Shown here: piece after piece, positions 37,652-47,947 of the stretch | How positions within the stretch are numbered: the first letter of the stretch is position 1 | Layout of the letters: each line of letters opens with the position of its first letter | Origin: Trueperaceae bacterium | Lineage (GTDB): Bacteria; Deinococcota; Deinococci; Deinococcales; Trueperaceae | DNA length: 64,000 nucleotides | Direction: 5' to 3' | NCBI GenBank assembly: GCA_965215565.1 | Contig: CBDCDZ010000004.1 | Span: 2,880,001 to 2,944,000 of the forward strand | Translations under genes and position numbers: made by a program | Notes under the pieces: model-generated | Database searches by the model: none | Seen by the model: the letters and a program-made list of their open reading frames with translations, nothing else | Told to the model about the DNA's origin: nothing

Positions 37652-38740
37652 ATGACTAAACCTATCCACTACCTCTTTATTTTTCTACTCGCCCTCTCAA
37701 CCTCCGCCTTCGCACAATCCCCCGAAGCGGCGGCGGATAACGCGGTGCGCGAGTGGCTGGAGCGACCCCCCGCGAACGTCGGTGCACTCGCAGGGCTCCC
37801 ACCCGAGGAGCTGTGTCAGCAGTTGCCTTCACTCTTGGGTAGCCCGCCTCCGCCTGAGGGCACGCGGGTCAATTTCGGTGACCGGGTTGAACGCGAGACG
37901 GAGGCGGACGGTACGCGCCGCTACACCTATCCCGTCGCGTTTCCGAGCGAGCGCTTGGAGGTGCTCGAGGTCACGCTAGAGCAGCAAGAGGGCGCGTGGG
38001 TCACGCGAGACGTCGGCGTACAAACCACCGGCGGCGGCACCATCCCGCGCGTCTTTCAGCAACCCTTGACGGCGTGGGTTTTCATCTTTTTCAGCCTCTA
38101 CTTCGTCTATCTGCTCGTGCGCCCGTCGTTTTTTCGGCGTTGGCTGGCAGACGGGTGGGCGCTGCTCAGGGGCTACCGCGCGCTGGTCATCGGCACCTTT
38201 ATCGCCCTCTACGGGCTTTTTGCCGTCGGGCTCGGCGTCGGCGCGAACTTGCCGCCGGTCTGTCAGAGCGCAATCTCGAGCTTCGTGCAAACCACCGTCG
38301 AAGAACTCGGCGCAGCCGAGGCGTACGGCAGCGGCAACGTCGGCAGAGCCGCCGTGGTGACGCTCTACCAAAACTTTGTGATGGGCACGCTCGTTACCAC
38401 CTTTTCCGTCACCTTTATTACGCTAGGCATCGGCGCGTACCTCTTTAACGGCTTGCGCTTTTTGGCGCTCGGCATCCCCTTCGGCTTTCTGGTGGACGCG
38501 GGGCCGCTCAACCTCCTGTTCGTGCTCATCCTCATCGTGGTGGAGCTTTCAGCCTACGTTGTGGTCACAGCGGGCGGCGGCATCTTCCTCATGACGGTCA
38601 TTCGCGAAGGGTTTAAGGGGTTTAGGGACGGCGCGAGAAAGCTCATCCTGATGTTACCTATTGCCTTTTTGCTGCTGATGCTGGGCGCGTGGTACGAGGC
38701 GGCAGTTATCATCTTGCCGACGCTGCTGGCAGGGGCGTAA
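37652..38740 (+). CDS. membrane protein with SpoIIM/DUF95-like domain
   Basis: Signal peptide, periplasmic domain, several TM helices, ELSAY...GG and AWYEA motifs. Confidence 0.7.
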   Translation: MTKPIHYLFIFLLALSTSAFAQSPEAAADNAVREWLERPPANVGALAGLPPEELCQQLPSLLGSPPPPEGTRVNFGDRVERETEADGTRRYTYPVAFPSERLEVLEVTLEQQEGAWVTRDVGVQTTGGGTIPRVFQQPLTAWVFIFFSLYFVYLLVRPSFFRRWLADGWALLRGYRALVIGTFIALYGLFAVGLGVGANLPPVCQSAISSFVQTTVEELGAAEAYGSGNVGRAAVVTLYQNFVMGTLVTTFSVTFITLGIGAYLFNGLRFLALGIPFGFLVDAGPLNLLFVLILIVVELSAYVVVTAGGGIFLMTVIREGFKGFRDGARKLILMLPIAFLLLMLGAWYEAAVIILPTLLAGA

Positions 38741-39635
38741 GCAGGGGCGTGCGCCGCACCGCTGGCGCAACGTCTAAGAGGCTCACCGCGTTTTGGAAGT
38801 GGTGGGCGGCGGGTCCGAAGGCGATGAGCGGCACCGGATTGATGGTGTGAGACTTCGTAGTTTTATCCTCTAGGTTGCCGTGGTCGGAGGTGACGAGCAG
38901 CGTCACCTCTTCTTTAGCCTTTAATGCAGAAACCAGCCCGCTGAAAAAAGCGTCCAACTGCTCCACCAACTTGACCGACTCCGCGAAAGACCAGCGGTGC
39001 CCGGCGCGGTCGGTGGCCCAGAAGTCCAAAAAGGTGAAGTCATGTTCAGAGGCTAGCGCGGCGAGGTTCGCCCCCGCCTCTTCGGGCGTGCGCAGCGGTG
39101 AGCCGTTTTGCGCGTGCAAGTACGCCCCTGTGAGGTCGGCGCTGATGGCCCTAGCGTTTATATAATCCGCTTCGGTGCGAAGCTGAACCCCAGCCGTCCG
39201 CGCCGCGTAGACCGGCACGTTGAGCTTCTGCTTGCCGTGCTCGAGTGCCCAGAAATAGCCTCTCGGATAGACGTTAGCGAGCGCGGCGTGTTTGCCCACG
39301 TCCATAACCTCAGAGAAGAGCGTGCCTTCGTCTAAGACTTTTCTCAAAGTCGGTCCGGGCCAGGGTCCGTAGTGGCGGTTCATGATGGCTGCGCCGTTCT
39401 TACCCGTCAGGAGCGCCGTTTGTCCGGTGGCGGATTGCGGGAGACCCTCGACGCCGAGCGTAGCGTCTACCTTTGTGACGACGAACTCTTCTTCGCGGAT
39501 TTCTTTTAAGTCTCGAGTGACTTTCCCGCCCAACCACGCGGAGAGAAAAGGCGCGTGCGCCGCCGCAAACGGGTTGACCTCTTTATTTGTCTCACCGAGC
39601 CCGACGCCGTCTAAAAAGACGAAGAGGAAGCTCAC
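38709..39635 (-). CDS. metalloenzyme superfamily protein (phosphoglycerate mutase/phosphopentomutase-like)
   Basis: FLDGVG, PQSATGQT, DRAGH, TSDHGN, HT.NPVP. Confidence 0.85.
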   Translation of the reverse strand: MSFLFVFLDGVGLGETNKEVNPFAAAHAPFLSAWLGGKVTRDLKEIREEEFVVTKVDATLGVEGLPQSATGQTALLTGKNGAAIMNRHYGPWPGPTLRKVLDEGTLFSEVMDVGKHAALANVYPRGYFWALEHGKQKLNVPVYAARTAGVQLRTEADYINARAISADLTGAYLHAQNGSPLRTPEEAGANLAALASEHDFTFLDFWATDRAGHRWSFAESVKLVEQLDAFFSGLVSALKAKEEVTLLVTSDHGNLEDKTTKSHTINPVPLIAFGPAAHHFQNAVSLLDVAPAVRRTPLLTPLPAASAR

Positions 39636-39654
39636 GAATTCGTCCGTTTAGACC

Positions 39655-40692
39655 TCATCCTATGCCCGTCGCGTCCTTGACCCGCACCATCGTCTTCGCC
39701 GCGATCTCTTGGGCCTCTGCCGCACCTTTTGCGAGGAGGGACTCGAGCCCCTCCGGGTCCGCCATGATGTCGTGATAGCGAGTTTGAATCGGCTCCAAGG
39801 TCTCCATCACGGCTTCTAATACCGCTTTCTTGAGCGTTCCATACCCCTGTCCCTCGAATTTCGCCTCGATGACCTCTTGTGGCTCTTCGGTCAATACCTG
39901 ATAGAGCGAGAGCAGGTTTTTGACCCCCGGCGAAGCGTGCTCAAAGCGCGTCTCCCGCTCCGAGTCGGTCACGGCGGACATGATGGTCTTTTTAACCGTC
40001 TTCGCGTCGTCCAAGAGGTTGACGGCGTGCCCGCTCCGCTCGCGGGCGATGCTCTTGCTCATCTTCGCCTCGGGCTCGTCGAAGCCCATGATCTTCGCGC
40101 CCTCTTTTGGAATCGTCGCGTTGGGCAGCGCGAACACGTCGCCGAAGAGGTTGTTGAAGCGAATCGCGATGTCGCGGGTCAATTCGATATGTTGGCGCTG
40201 GTCTTCGCCCACCGGGACAGATTGCGTGTCGTAGAGCAGAATGTCCGCCGCTTGCAATACGGGATAGTCCAAAAGCCCCGTCCCGACGCTCTCCTTTTGG
40301 TCGGACTTTGCTTTGAACTGCGTCATCCGGTAGAGCCAACCCAGCGGCGTGGTGCAGTTTAGGACCCAAGCGAGTTCGGCGTGTTCGTGGACGTGCGACT
40401 GGATGAAGACGAGGTTGCTCTCCGGGTCGATGCCGCACGCGAGGTAGAGCGCGGCAACCTCTCTGGACTGTCTGTGCAAGACTTTCGGGTCGATCTCTTC
40501 GGGGATGGTCAGCGCGTGTAAATCGACGATGCAGAAGATGTTGTCGTTCTCGTGTTGGTGCGCCACCCACTGCTTGAGTGCGCCCAAGTAGTTGCCCAAG
40601 TGCAGCGCGTTCGAGGGTTGCATCCCTGAAAAAACGCGCTTTTTCTTCTCTGTGGCGGTGGTTCGTTCTGAGTTAAGGGTTGCTTCCGTCAT
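39655..40692 (-). CDS. trpS: tryptophan--tRNA ligase
   Basis: SGMQPS..LHLGNY, YPVLQAADIL, VGEDQRQH, KMSKS. Confidence 0.97.
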   Translation of the reverse strand: MTEATLNSERTTATEKKKRVFSGMQPSNALHLGNYLGALKQWVAHQHENDNIFCIVDLHALTIPEEIDPKVLHRQSREVAALYLACGIDPESNLVFIQSHVHEHAELAWVLNCTTPLGWLYRMTQFKAKSDQKESVGTGLLDYPVLQAADILLYDTQSVPVGEDQRQHIELTRDIAIRFNNLFGDVFALPNATIPKEGAKIMGFDEPEAKMSKSIARERSGHAVNLLDDAKTVKKTIMSAVTDSERETRFEHASPGVKNLLSLYQVLTEEPQEVIEAKFEGQGYGTLKKAVLEAVMETLEPIQTRYHDIMADPEGLESLLAKGAAEAQEIAAKTMVRVKDATGIG

Positions 40693-40817
40693 CCCTAGAG
40701 TATAAAGGACGTGATGTGTAGGAGAGATAGATTTGCGAACGCTCGAGGTAATAGCCAAGAAGACGTGGACAGGCTCGAGCTAACGTCAAGATTGTGTTGT
40801 TATGTTATTATTCAGTT

Positions 40818-41081
40818 ATGACTAAAACAGCAGAGAAGCAGCGCACGACGGTCTATATCGCCTCTGACGTGCTCGAGTTTCTCAAACTCCGCAGTGTCAA
40901 GGGAAATGGCAGCGTCTCGCAGCAACTCGAGACCTTGGCAAGAACTCTCATGCCAAAAGATTACACCCAAGAGGATGTAAGGAGGCTCGAGGAGAGGCAC
41001 GCTAAAGGTTACAAACGGCAGCCCGTAACCGAGGGGGAGTTTTCAGACTTCTACGCTGAACAGGATTTGGGCGATTTGTGA
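40818..41081 (+). CDS. putative antitoxin (RHH-like)
   Basis: Small ORF with RTTVYI beta strand and acidic tail; overlaps the toxin start (GTGA). Confidence 0.75.
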   Translation: MTKTAEKQRTTVYIASDVLEFLKLRSVKGNGSVSQQLETLARTLMPKDYTQEDVRRLEERHAKGYKRQPVTEGEFSDFYAEQDLGDL

Positions 41082-41395
41082 AGCGCGGTGAGGTGTACTG
41101 GTATACCTTTAGAGCACCGAACAAAAGAAGACCTGTGCTCATCCTCACAAGAGACACTGCAGTTTCGTTTCTCAGCGCGGTAACCGTCGCTCCTATCACC
41201 TCGACCATTCGTGACATTCCTTCAGAAGTTTATTTGGACGAGGAAGATGGCTTACTTGGCCCTTGCGCCGCTAACTTCGACAACCTCGTCACGCTCCCTA
41301 AAGACAAGTTGAAGGGGCGGCTGACGTCGCTCAGCTTAGACAAAATGCTGGACGCGGAAGAAGCGCTCAAATTCGCGTTGGGTTTCATACGGTGA
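41078..41395 (+). CDS. mazF: MazF/PemK family endoribonuclease toxin
   Basis: MKRGEVYW...KRRPVLILT...VTVAPITST. Confidence 0.92.
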   Translation: MKRGEVYWYTFRAPNKRRPVLILTRDTAVSFLSAVTVAPITSTIRDIPSEVYLDEEDGLLGPCAANFDNLVTLPKDKLKGRLTSLSLDKMLDAEEALKFALGFIR

Positions 41396-41532
41396 TTTGT
41401 ACGGTGAGATACGCCTTTGCGCCCTACGAAGGTTCATTGAGACTCGAGCCTCACGCTTTTTTCACATTTCATCCCCTCGGTCTTTCACCTTGTAAACTAT
41501 AACGTGAAGAGATTTTTGCAAAGAGGTGAGAG

Positions 41533-43071
41533 ATGAAGCAACGGCTAACCCAATTGTCCTTAGTCCTGTCACTGCTCTTAGGTTTGGTGTTCGTAAACGC
41601 CCAAGACCTCCGCGAGCAGGTGAGCACCTACACCCTAGAGAACGGAATGCGCGTCATCATGGTCCGTCAAGACGCCGCGCCCGTCATTTCCTTTAACCTC
41701 ATGTTCGACGTGGGCGGCATCGACGAGCCGGACGGCTTGGGCGGCATCGCACATATGGTCGAGCATATGGCGTTTAAGGGCACGCAGACCATCGGCACGG
41801 ACGCGCCCGACTTAGAAGAGCAGGCGCTCGCTAAGGTCGAGGTGTTGGCGCTGGCCTTGGAGCAAGTCCGCAAGAACGGCACCGAGGAGGAGATTGCCGA
41901 GACGCAGGCGGCGTTTTTAGAAGCCCGCGAAGAGGCTAAAGCCTTCGCCTCCCCGAACGCGCTGGACTTACTCTTTGACGCGAACGGCGGCGTGGGGCTG
42001 AACGCCTCGACGGGCTATGACCGCACCTCTTACGTGATCTCTATGCCTTCAAACCGCCTAGAACTCTACGCCCGCGTCTACGCCGATATTTTGCGCGACA
42101 CCGTCTTCCGCTCCTTTTACGAGGAGCGCGACGTGGTACGTGAAGAGCGGCGGCAGCGCTCGGAAGATGACCCGCAGGGCGTGTTATTCGAGAAATTTTT
42201 GGGCGAGGCGTATCAGGTGCACCCTTACGGCAGACCTCTTATCGGTGCACCAAACGAGTTAGAGAGCTACTTAGCCACCGAAGCGGAAGCCTTTTTTGAG
42301 CGCTACTACGACCCGAACCGCGCCGTCTTGGTCCTCGTCGGCGACGTGGAGCCGGAGCGCGACCTCGAGATTTTAGAGCGCTACTTCGGCGTGTTGGAGG
42401 GAGCCCCCGACGCGCGCCCTGACATCCCGAACGAGCCCGATCAGACCGAAGAGCGCCGCAGCAGCGTCCAGTTCGACGCTGAGCCGCAGCTCGCGGTGGG
42501 CTACCACAAGCCCACCTACCCTGAACGCGACGCTTACGTCATGGACGTTATCGACGCGGTCCTGAGCGCCGGGCGCACCTCTCGTCTCTTCGAGCGGATG
42601 GTCGCCCAAGACCAAATCGCGCTAGACGTCTTCACCACCTCGGCGTTTCCCGGCATCCGCGAGCCCAACTTGTTCGTCTTCGGCGGCGCGCCGCGCTTCC
42701 CCAACACGAACGCCGACATGGAGCGCGTTTTTTACGAAGAGGTCGAACGCCTCAAGAACGAGAGCGTCACCGAGCGTGAGCTGGAGAAGGTCAAAAACCA
42801 GGTGCGGGCGAGCTTCATTCGCGGTCTGGGTTCGGGCAGCGGTTTAGCCTCGCAGCTCGCCTTTTACGAGCTTTTCTTAGGTGGCTGGGAGGGTATTTTG
42901 GAGTACGAAGAGATCATCAACTCCGTTACCGCCGAAGAGGTGCAAGAGGTGGCGCAGCGCATCTTTAGCGAGGACAACCGCACGGTGACGCTGCTCGAGC
43001 CCCTCAACCCCGAGGGCTCGAGCGATGATGGGTCAACCCCTGAATCCACAGCCGAGGAGAGCACCCCATGA
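41533..43071 (+). CDS. M16 (pitrilysin) zinc peptidase, catalytic subunit
   Basis: Signal peptide; inverted HxxEH motif (HMVEH); NASTGYDRT. Confidence 0.93.
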   Translation: MKQRLTQLSLVLSLLLGLVFVNAQDLREQVSTYTLENGMRVIMVRQDAAPVISFNLMFDVGGIDEPDGLGGIAHMVEHMAFKGTQTIGTDAPDLEEQALAKVEVLALALEQVRKNGTEEEIAETQAAFLEAREEAKAFASPNALDLLFDANGGVGLNASTGYDRTSYVISMPSNRLELYARVYADILRDTVFRSFYEERDVVREERRQRSEDDPQGVLFEKFLGEAYQVHPYGRPLIGAPNELESYLATEAEAFFERYYDPNRAVLVLVGDVEPERDLEILERYFGVLEGAPDARPDIPNEPDQTEERRSSVQFDAEPQLAVGYHKPTYPERDAYVMDVIDAVLSAGRTSRLFERMVAQDQIALDVFTTSAFPGIREPNLFVFGGAPRFPNTNADMERVFYEEVERLKNESVTERELEKVKNQVRASFIRGLGSGSGLASQLAFYELFLGGWEGILEYEEIINSVTAEEVQEVAQRIFSEDNRTVTLLEPLNPEGSSDDGSTPESTAEESTP

Positions 43072-44489
43072 TTCGTCTTCCGTTTTTCATCCTTCTGGCA
43101 ACTTTGACCTTTGCGGCGGCGCAGCCCGCCCCCGACAGTTGGCCTGACCCCTTTGAGATGACCTTCGGTGAGTTAGACGAAGTCACGCTGGAGCCCGAGC
43201 GCGTCGAACTCTCGAACGGGATGGTGGCGTACCTGCTCGAAGACGCCTCGCTGCCCCTCATCGAAGGGCTCGCCTACGTCCGCGCTCCGAGCCTCTACGA
43301 TCCAGAGGGCAAAGTCGGCTTAGCCGCGATGACCGCCGACCTCTTGCGCACGGGCGGCGCGGGTGAGAGGAGCGCGGACGAGGTGGACGAGACCCTGGAG
43401 TTCTTAGCCGCGTCAGTCGAGGGCTCTGCCAGCAACAACTCCGCCGCGGTGAGCTTCTCAGCGCTCTCTGACACCATCGACGAGGTCTTGGCGGTCTTCG
43501 GCGACGTGTTGCAGCGCCCGCAGTTCGCCCAAGACCGCCTGGAACTCCTGCGCGGGCGCACCTTGGAGGAAATCCGCCGCGAGAATGACGATCCGGTGGG
43601 CATCGCCCAGCGAGAGTTCGTCAGGCGCGTCGCTGAGGGGCACCCGGTGGGCGAGTTTCCAACCGTCGAGACGATTCAGAACATCACTCGAGAGGACGCG
43701 GTGGACTTCTACGAGCGCTACTACGCGCCGAATGAGACCGTGCTGGCGGTCAGCGGCGACTTCGAGCGGGATGAGATGGTGGCGAAGTTAGAGGCTACCT
43801 TCGGCGACTGGGAACCCGCAAACGTGGACTACCCCGAGCTGCCCGAATTCGACGCCACGCCCGAGCCGAAAGTCTACTACGCGCCCAAAGAGACCGCGCA
43901 GAGCGCGATCTTCATGGGACACCCGAGCGTCCTAGCCTACTCGCCTGATTACGCCGACCTCACGGTAGCGAACGGTATTTTGGGCGGCGAGGGTTTCTCC
44001 TCGCGCATCACCACGGAGATTCGCACGCGGCGCGGTCTCGCCTATGCGACGGGCAGCGGCTTGACGCAGGGCTACCAGTATCCGGGCTTTTTCTACGCCT
44101 ACTCGCTCTCGCGCGGCGACGCCACCGGGCAAGTCTTGAACCTCTTACAAGCGGAGATCGAGGCGTTACAACAAGAGGGTGTCACCGAAGCCGAGTTAGA
44201 GCAGCAGCGGGAGACCCTGCTGAGCCGCGCCGTCTTCCGCTTTACCTCTTCGGCGCAGGTGGCGCAGCGAAGTGCGCAAGCTGAGTTTTTAGACTTGGAG
44301 GAAAACTACTACGAAGACTACATCAACGGCGTACAAGAGGTCACGACGGGAGATGTGCAAGAGGTCGCGCGTTCGGAGCTGCGCCCGGATGGGCTCGTCG
44401 TGATGGTCGTTGGTGACGCTTCGCAGTTCGACATGCCTTTGGAGGAGTTTGGTGAGGTTGTCACTATAGAACTCGAGGGCGGGGAGTAA
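43068..44489 (+). CDS. M16 peptidase, non-catalytic subunit
   Basis: M16 fold with no HxxEH; R/Y motif EIRTRRGLAY. Confidence 0.9.
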   Translation: MIRLPFFILLATLTFAAAQPAPDSWPDPFEMTFGELDEVTLEPERVELSNGMVAYLLEDASLPLIEGLAYVRAPSLYDPEGKVGLAAMTADLLRTGGAGERSADEVDETLEFLAASVEGSASNNSAAVSFSALSDTIDEVLAVFGDVLQRPQFAQDRLELLRGRTLEEIRRENDDPVGIAQREFVRRVAEGHPVGEFPTVETIQNITREDAVDFYERYYAPNETVLAVSGDFERDEMVAKLEATFGDWEPANVDYPELPEFDATPEPKVYYAPKETAQSAIFMGHPSVLAYSPDYADLTVANGILGGEGFSSRITTEIRTRRGLAYATGSGLTQGYQYPGFFYAYSLSRGDATGQVLNLLQAEIEALQQEGVTEAELEQQRETLLSRAVFRFTSSAQVAQRSAQAEFLDLEENYYEDYINGVQEVTTGDVQEVARSELRPDGLVVMVVGDASQFDMPLEEFGEVVTIELEGGE

Positions 44490-44502
44490 GGGATTAAGGA
44501 TT

Positions 44503-44979
44503 GTGCGGCGCGGGCTCGAGAACCTCTCTCTTACGGTGCTCGCGCTGCACCTTATCTACCTCTGGGCTTCCTGCACCTCTTTGCCCGACACAATTCCAAC
44601 GCACTTCAACGCGGCAGGGCAGCCGGACGACTTCGGCTCGAAGGACAGCATCTGGTCACTCTGGTTCGTCAGTTTAGGACTCTATGCGATGTTCGCGGCG
44701 CTCTCGTTCGTGCCGCTACGTTCATCTCTTTGGAACCTGCCTGAGCACATTAAAGAAGACACGTCGGGGCGCTCGAGACCTCTTGTAAACGAACTGATGG
44801 CGTGGCTCAAGCTGCTCACCGTCAGCATCTTTTTCTTCCTCTCGTGGCTCACGGTGCGAACGGCGCAAGGCGTCGAGGTTGCCTGGGGCGTGCCGGTGCT
44901 GATTGTCTCGGGCCTCTTTCTCCCCCTGCTGATTTTAGCGGTGTACCTCTACAAGATGGGACAACTGAAAAAGGAGTAG
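44503..44979 (+). CDS. DUF1648 membrane protein
   Basis: LPDTIPTHFNAAGQPD.FGSK plus four TM helices. Confidence 0.8.
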   Translation: MRRGLENLSLTVLALHLIYLWASCTSLPDTIPTHFNAAGQPDDFGSKDSIWSLWFVSLGLYAMFAALSFVPLRSSLWNLPEHIKEDTSGRSRPLVNELMAWLKLLTVSIFFFLSWLTVRTAQGVEVAWGVPVLIVSGLFLPLLILAVYLYKMGQLKKE

Positions 44980-45027
44980 CGCGGTGCTACTTGGTGCTAC
45001 TCCTTTCACTCTTACCTCGAACTGCGG

Positions 45028-46152
45028 TTATACCGCCTGATACTGCTTGTTCTCTTTCCCCACGCTCACCTTTGTGCGCTTATAGGGCGCAACCGGATTG
45101 AGGATGTTGCGGCACTGCGGGTTCACGCAGCCGGGGCAGCGCAAACCGTACTGCTTGGTGCAAGGCTCGCCGGATTGAAGGTGCTCGTAGACCACTTCTG
45201 CAAGCGCGTCTTGAAAAACGGGCATCCCATTCAAGGCGGGCGCACGCTTGTAGTTTTCGATACCGACTTCATGCGCCAACTCGCCGTACTCGATATCGAG
45301 TTCGTGCAGCGTCTCGATGTGGTCGCTCGTAAAGGCGACGCCGACGACGAGGACGTTTTTACGCTTTTTTGCGCCTAAATCCTTGAGGACCTTTTCGGTG
45401 CCAGGTCCGAGCCAGGGCACCGGACCCACATCGGACTGATACGCCAGGATATATTCGTGCGAGTACTCGAGGCGTTTCATCACCTCGTGCACCGACGCGC
45501 CGATTTCGGCGGGGTAGGCGTCGCCCCGGTTGATGACGTCTAAGGGCAGCGAGTGAGCGCTGAAGAGGACGAGCACGTCGTCTCTGTCCGCTTCGTCAAA
45601 CTGCTCCAAGCCCTGCTTCACCGTCTCCGTCATCGCCTCGACAAAGCGCGGGTGCGTGGGCCAGCGGTCGATGACGCTCCACTCGAACTCGTTTTGCAGC
45701 CCGACGCGCCGCGCCGCCCGCCAGAGTTCGTTCAAAGACGAGCCCGTCGTCGAGCACGAGAACTGCGGGTACTGCGTGAACGCCACCGCCCGCTTCACGC
45801 CGTCGTTTTTCATCGCTTGCAGGGCGTCTTCGCTAAAGGGGTTGACGTAGCGAAAGGCGACGTAAAACTTGTGCGGCGCGGTCTCCGGTGACATCTTGTC
45901 CAAGCGCTCCACCATGCCCTGCCCCTGCTCCTCGGTCCACTTGAGAATCGGGGAGCCGCCGCCGATGTCGGCGTAGTTTTGCTGCACGCTTTTGGTGCGG
46001 CGGTTCGCGATGAAAGGACCCAGGTACTTCTGCACGGGAAGCTGGATGATCTCGCGGTCTTCAAACAGTTTGAGGAGAAAGGGTTGGACCTCGTCTAAAT
46101 TTTTGGGACCGCCCAAGTTCATCATGACGATTCCGGTAGGACCTTGACTCAT
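45028..46152 (-). CDS. hemH: protoporphyrin ferrochelatase ([2Fe-2S], animal-type)
   Basis: MNLGGP, GGGSPI, YPQFSCSTTGSS, FSAHSLP, FTSDHIETL.E; C-terminal CPGCVNPQC. Confidence 0.96.
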   Translation of the reverse strand: MSQGPTGIVMMNLGGPKNLDEVQPFLLKLFEDREIIQLPVQKYLGPFIANRRTKSVQQNYADIGGGSPILKWTEEQGQGMVERLDKMSPETAPHKFYVAFRYVNPFSEDALQAMKNDGVKRAVAFTQYPQFSCSTTGSSLNELWRAARRVGLQNEFEWSVIDRWPTHPRFVEAMTETVKQGLEQFDEADRDDVLVLFSAHSLPLDVINRGDAYPAEIGASVHEVMKRLEYSHEYILAYQSDVGPVPWLGPGTEKVLKDLGAKKRKNVLVVGVAFTSDHIETLHELDIEYGELAHEVGIENYKRAPALNGMPVFQDALAEVVYEHLQSGEPCTKQYGLRCPGCVNPQCRNILNPVAPYKRTKVSVGKENKQYQAV

Positions 46153-46315
46153 AGGTGCATTCTATCTTGTGAGTGTTTAGACATATGTCCTACACGCTTA
46201 GTTTCATCCTTAGAGGTTCTCCGTATCACGTCAGAAGGTTTAGCATTAGGGGGTGTCAGTAGTCAAAATTCAGTAGCCACAATATTTACGTTGAATGACG
46301 ACTAGCTACTGACCC

Positions 46316-47077
46316 TCACAGTCCACCCCTCGAGCGAATCACTTGCCCCGTCACCCACCGCGCCTCATCCGAGGCTAAAAAGAGGATCAGCCGCGCCGCG
46401 TCCTCGGGCGTGCCGACGCGCCCCAGAGGAGCCTCTTGGATCATTTGCGCTTTGAATTCGGATGTCATCCAACCCGTGTCGGTCACGCCGGGGTCCACCG
46501 CATTCACCGTAATGCGTCGCGCCGCAAGCCCTGCGCTCAGGCTCAGCGTCAGCGCCTCGACAGCGCCCTTCGTCGCTACGTAAGCGAGTTCGTCAGGCAT
46601 CGGTGTCAAGCCTTGCCCCGAGGTCAGGTTGATGATGCGCCCCGCTTCGCCTTGAAACCTCTTGGCGAACTCCGCACAGAGAAGCGCCGCACCGCGCAGA
46701 TTGACGGCGTAGTGCTTGTCGAGCATTTCGGTGGTCAGCTCAAACACGCCGCCCCGCGTCGAATACGTGGCGTTGTTGACCAGAATATCTATCTGACCCA
46801 GTCGCTTTTGTGCGTGGTCGAACAGCTCGGTGGCTGCGTCCTTTTGAGAGAGGTCAAGCTCGAGCCTGTGCGCCTCCACCCCATGACCTCTCAACTGCGC
46901 TAAGAGGTCTTCCGCCTCGTCCATCTCATGTTGGTGAACCTCTCTGTCGTAAGGCGTGTAGGTCGTAAAAAGCACGTTCGCGCCCGCTTCAGCAAATGCT
47001 CTCGCAGTGGCTGCGCCGATACCGATAGTGCGGCTTGCCCCTGTGATGACGGCATTTTTGCGCTGCAACACCTGCAC
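46316..47077 (-). CDS. short-chain dehydrogenase/reductase
   Basis: ITGASRTIGIG, NNA, YVATK, DPG.TDT; GTG 47077. Confidence 0.93.
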   Translation of the reverse strand: MQVLQRKNAVITGASRTIGIGAATARAFAEAGANVLFTTYTPYDREVHQHEMDEAEDLLAQLRGHGVEAHRLELDLSQKDAATELFDHAQKRLGQIDILVNNATYSTRGGVFELTTEMLDKHYAVNLRGAALLCAEFAKRFQGEAGRIINLTSGQGLTPMPDELAYVATKGAVEALTLSLSAGLAARRITVNAVDPGVTDTGWMTSEFKAQMIQEAPLGRVGTPEDAARLILFLASDEARWVTGQVIRSRGGL

Positions 47078-47078
47078 G

Positions 47079-47312
47079 TTACAGCGTTTCTGCGAAGAGC
47101 GGCTCGATAAGGCGTCGCACAAGAGGCAATACAAAAACTGCGACGGGCAAAGAAGTCGCCCAAGACGCGAAGAAACCGCGCAGCCAGACCCCTACGAAGC
47201 TAGACCCCAACCCTTCACTGAGCAGCGTAAGGACGAAGGCGATAATCAGCGACATCAGCCCGCTCATCAGCGCGGCGAGCGTGAGGTTGTAGTAGCGGCG
47301 GTGAATTCTCAC
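47079..47312 (-). CDS. DUF2798-like small membrane protein
   Basis: MSGLMS...WLRGF..SW..SLP two-TM pattern. Confidence 0.7.
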   Translation of the reverse strand: MRIHRRYYNLTLAALMSGLMSLIIAFVLTLLSEGLGSSFVGVWLRGFFASWATSLPVAVFVLPLVRRLIEPLFAETL

Positions 47313-47452
47313 TGCGCTGACCTCTTGGTTCGTTGAAGTAGAGCCGTGACCTCTTCCGATGAAGCTTTCTTAACTATATCCATAGGGGGTATTCTAGAGA
47401 GGCACATTTGATGCGCATGTCTCGAGGCTGACTTTCGGTAAACTCTGAAAAC

Positions 47453-47878
47453 CTAAGCCGATACTGCTTCGTGCTCCAAGACAACCTCGAACGAAATCTC
47501 AGACTTCAAGCTCGCCGCGACTGAGCAGTACTTGTTCATCCCCAAATCCACAAAGCGCTCGGCTGTCTTTCGGTCCAAACCGGGCACGTCGAAGAGGTGC
47601 TTGGCGCGGATGTGCGTATAGTACTTGGGCGTCCCGTCGGCGCGGTCGCCCTCTAGCTCTATCTTGTAGTTTACAATCTCCAAACGCCGCTTTTTCAGCA
47701 TCTCTACGATGTCGTAGGCGGCGCACGCGCCCACCGCGTTTAAGAGGAGTTCCATCGGGCGCATCCCGGTCTGGGCGTAGTCTTCGCCGTCGATCATGAC
47801 CTGCATCTTATCGGGCGTTTCGCCCATAAAGCGCTTGTCCACGAGATGAAATACTGTAGTTTTTTTGGTATCCGCCAT
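47453..47878 (-). CDS. OsmC/YhfA family protein
   Basis: RPMELLL..GAC...KYCSV. Confidence 0.9.
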   Translation of the reverse strand: MADTKKTTVFHLVDKRFMGETPDKMQVMIDGEDYAQTGMRPMELLLNAVGACAAYDIVEMLKKRRLEIVNYKIELEGDRADGTPKYYTHIRAKHLFDVPGLDRKTAERFVDLGMNKYCSVAASLKSEISFEVVLEHEAVSA

Positions 47879-47947
47879 GCCCCTAGTATGCGCGCCTCTT
47901 ATGAAACGGATGTTGGCAAGCGTACACGCGCTGGTTAGACTTGTGGG

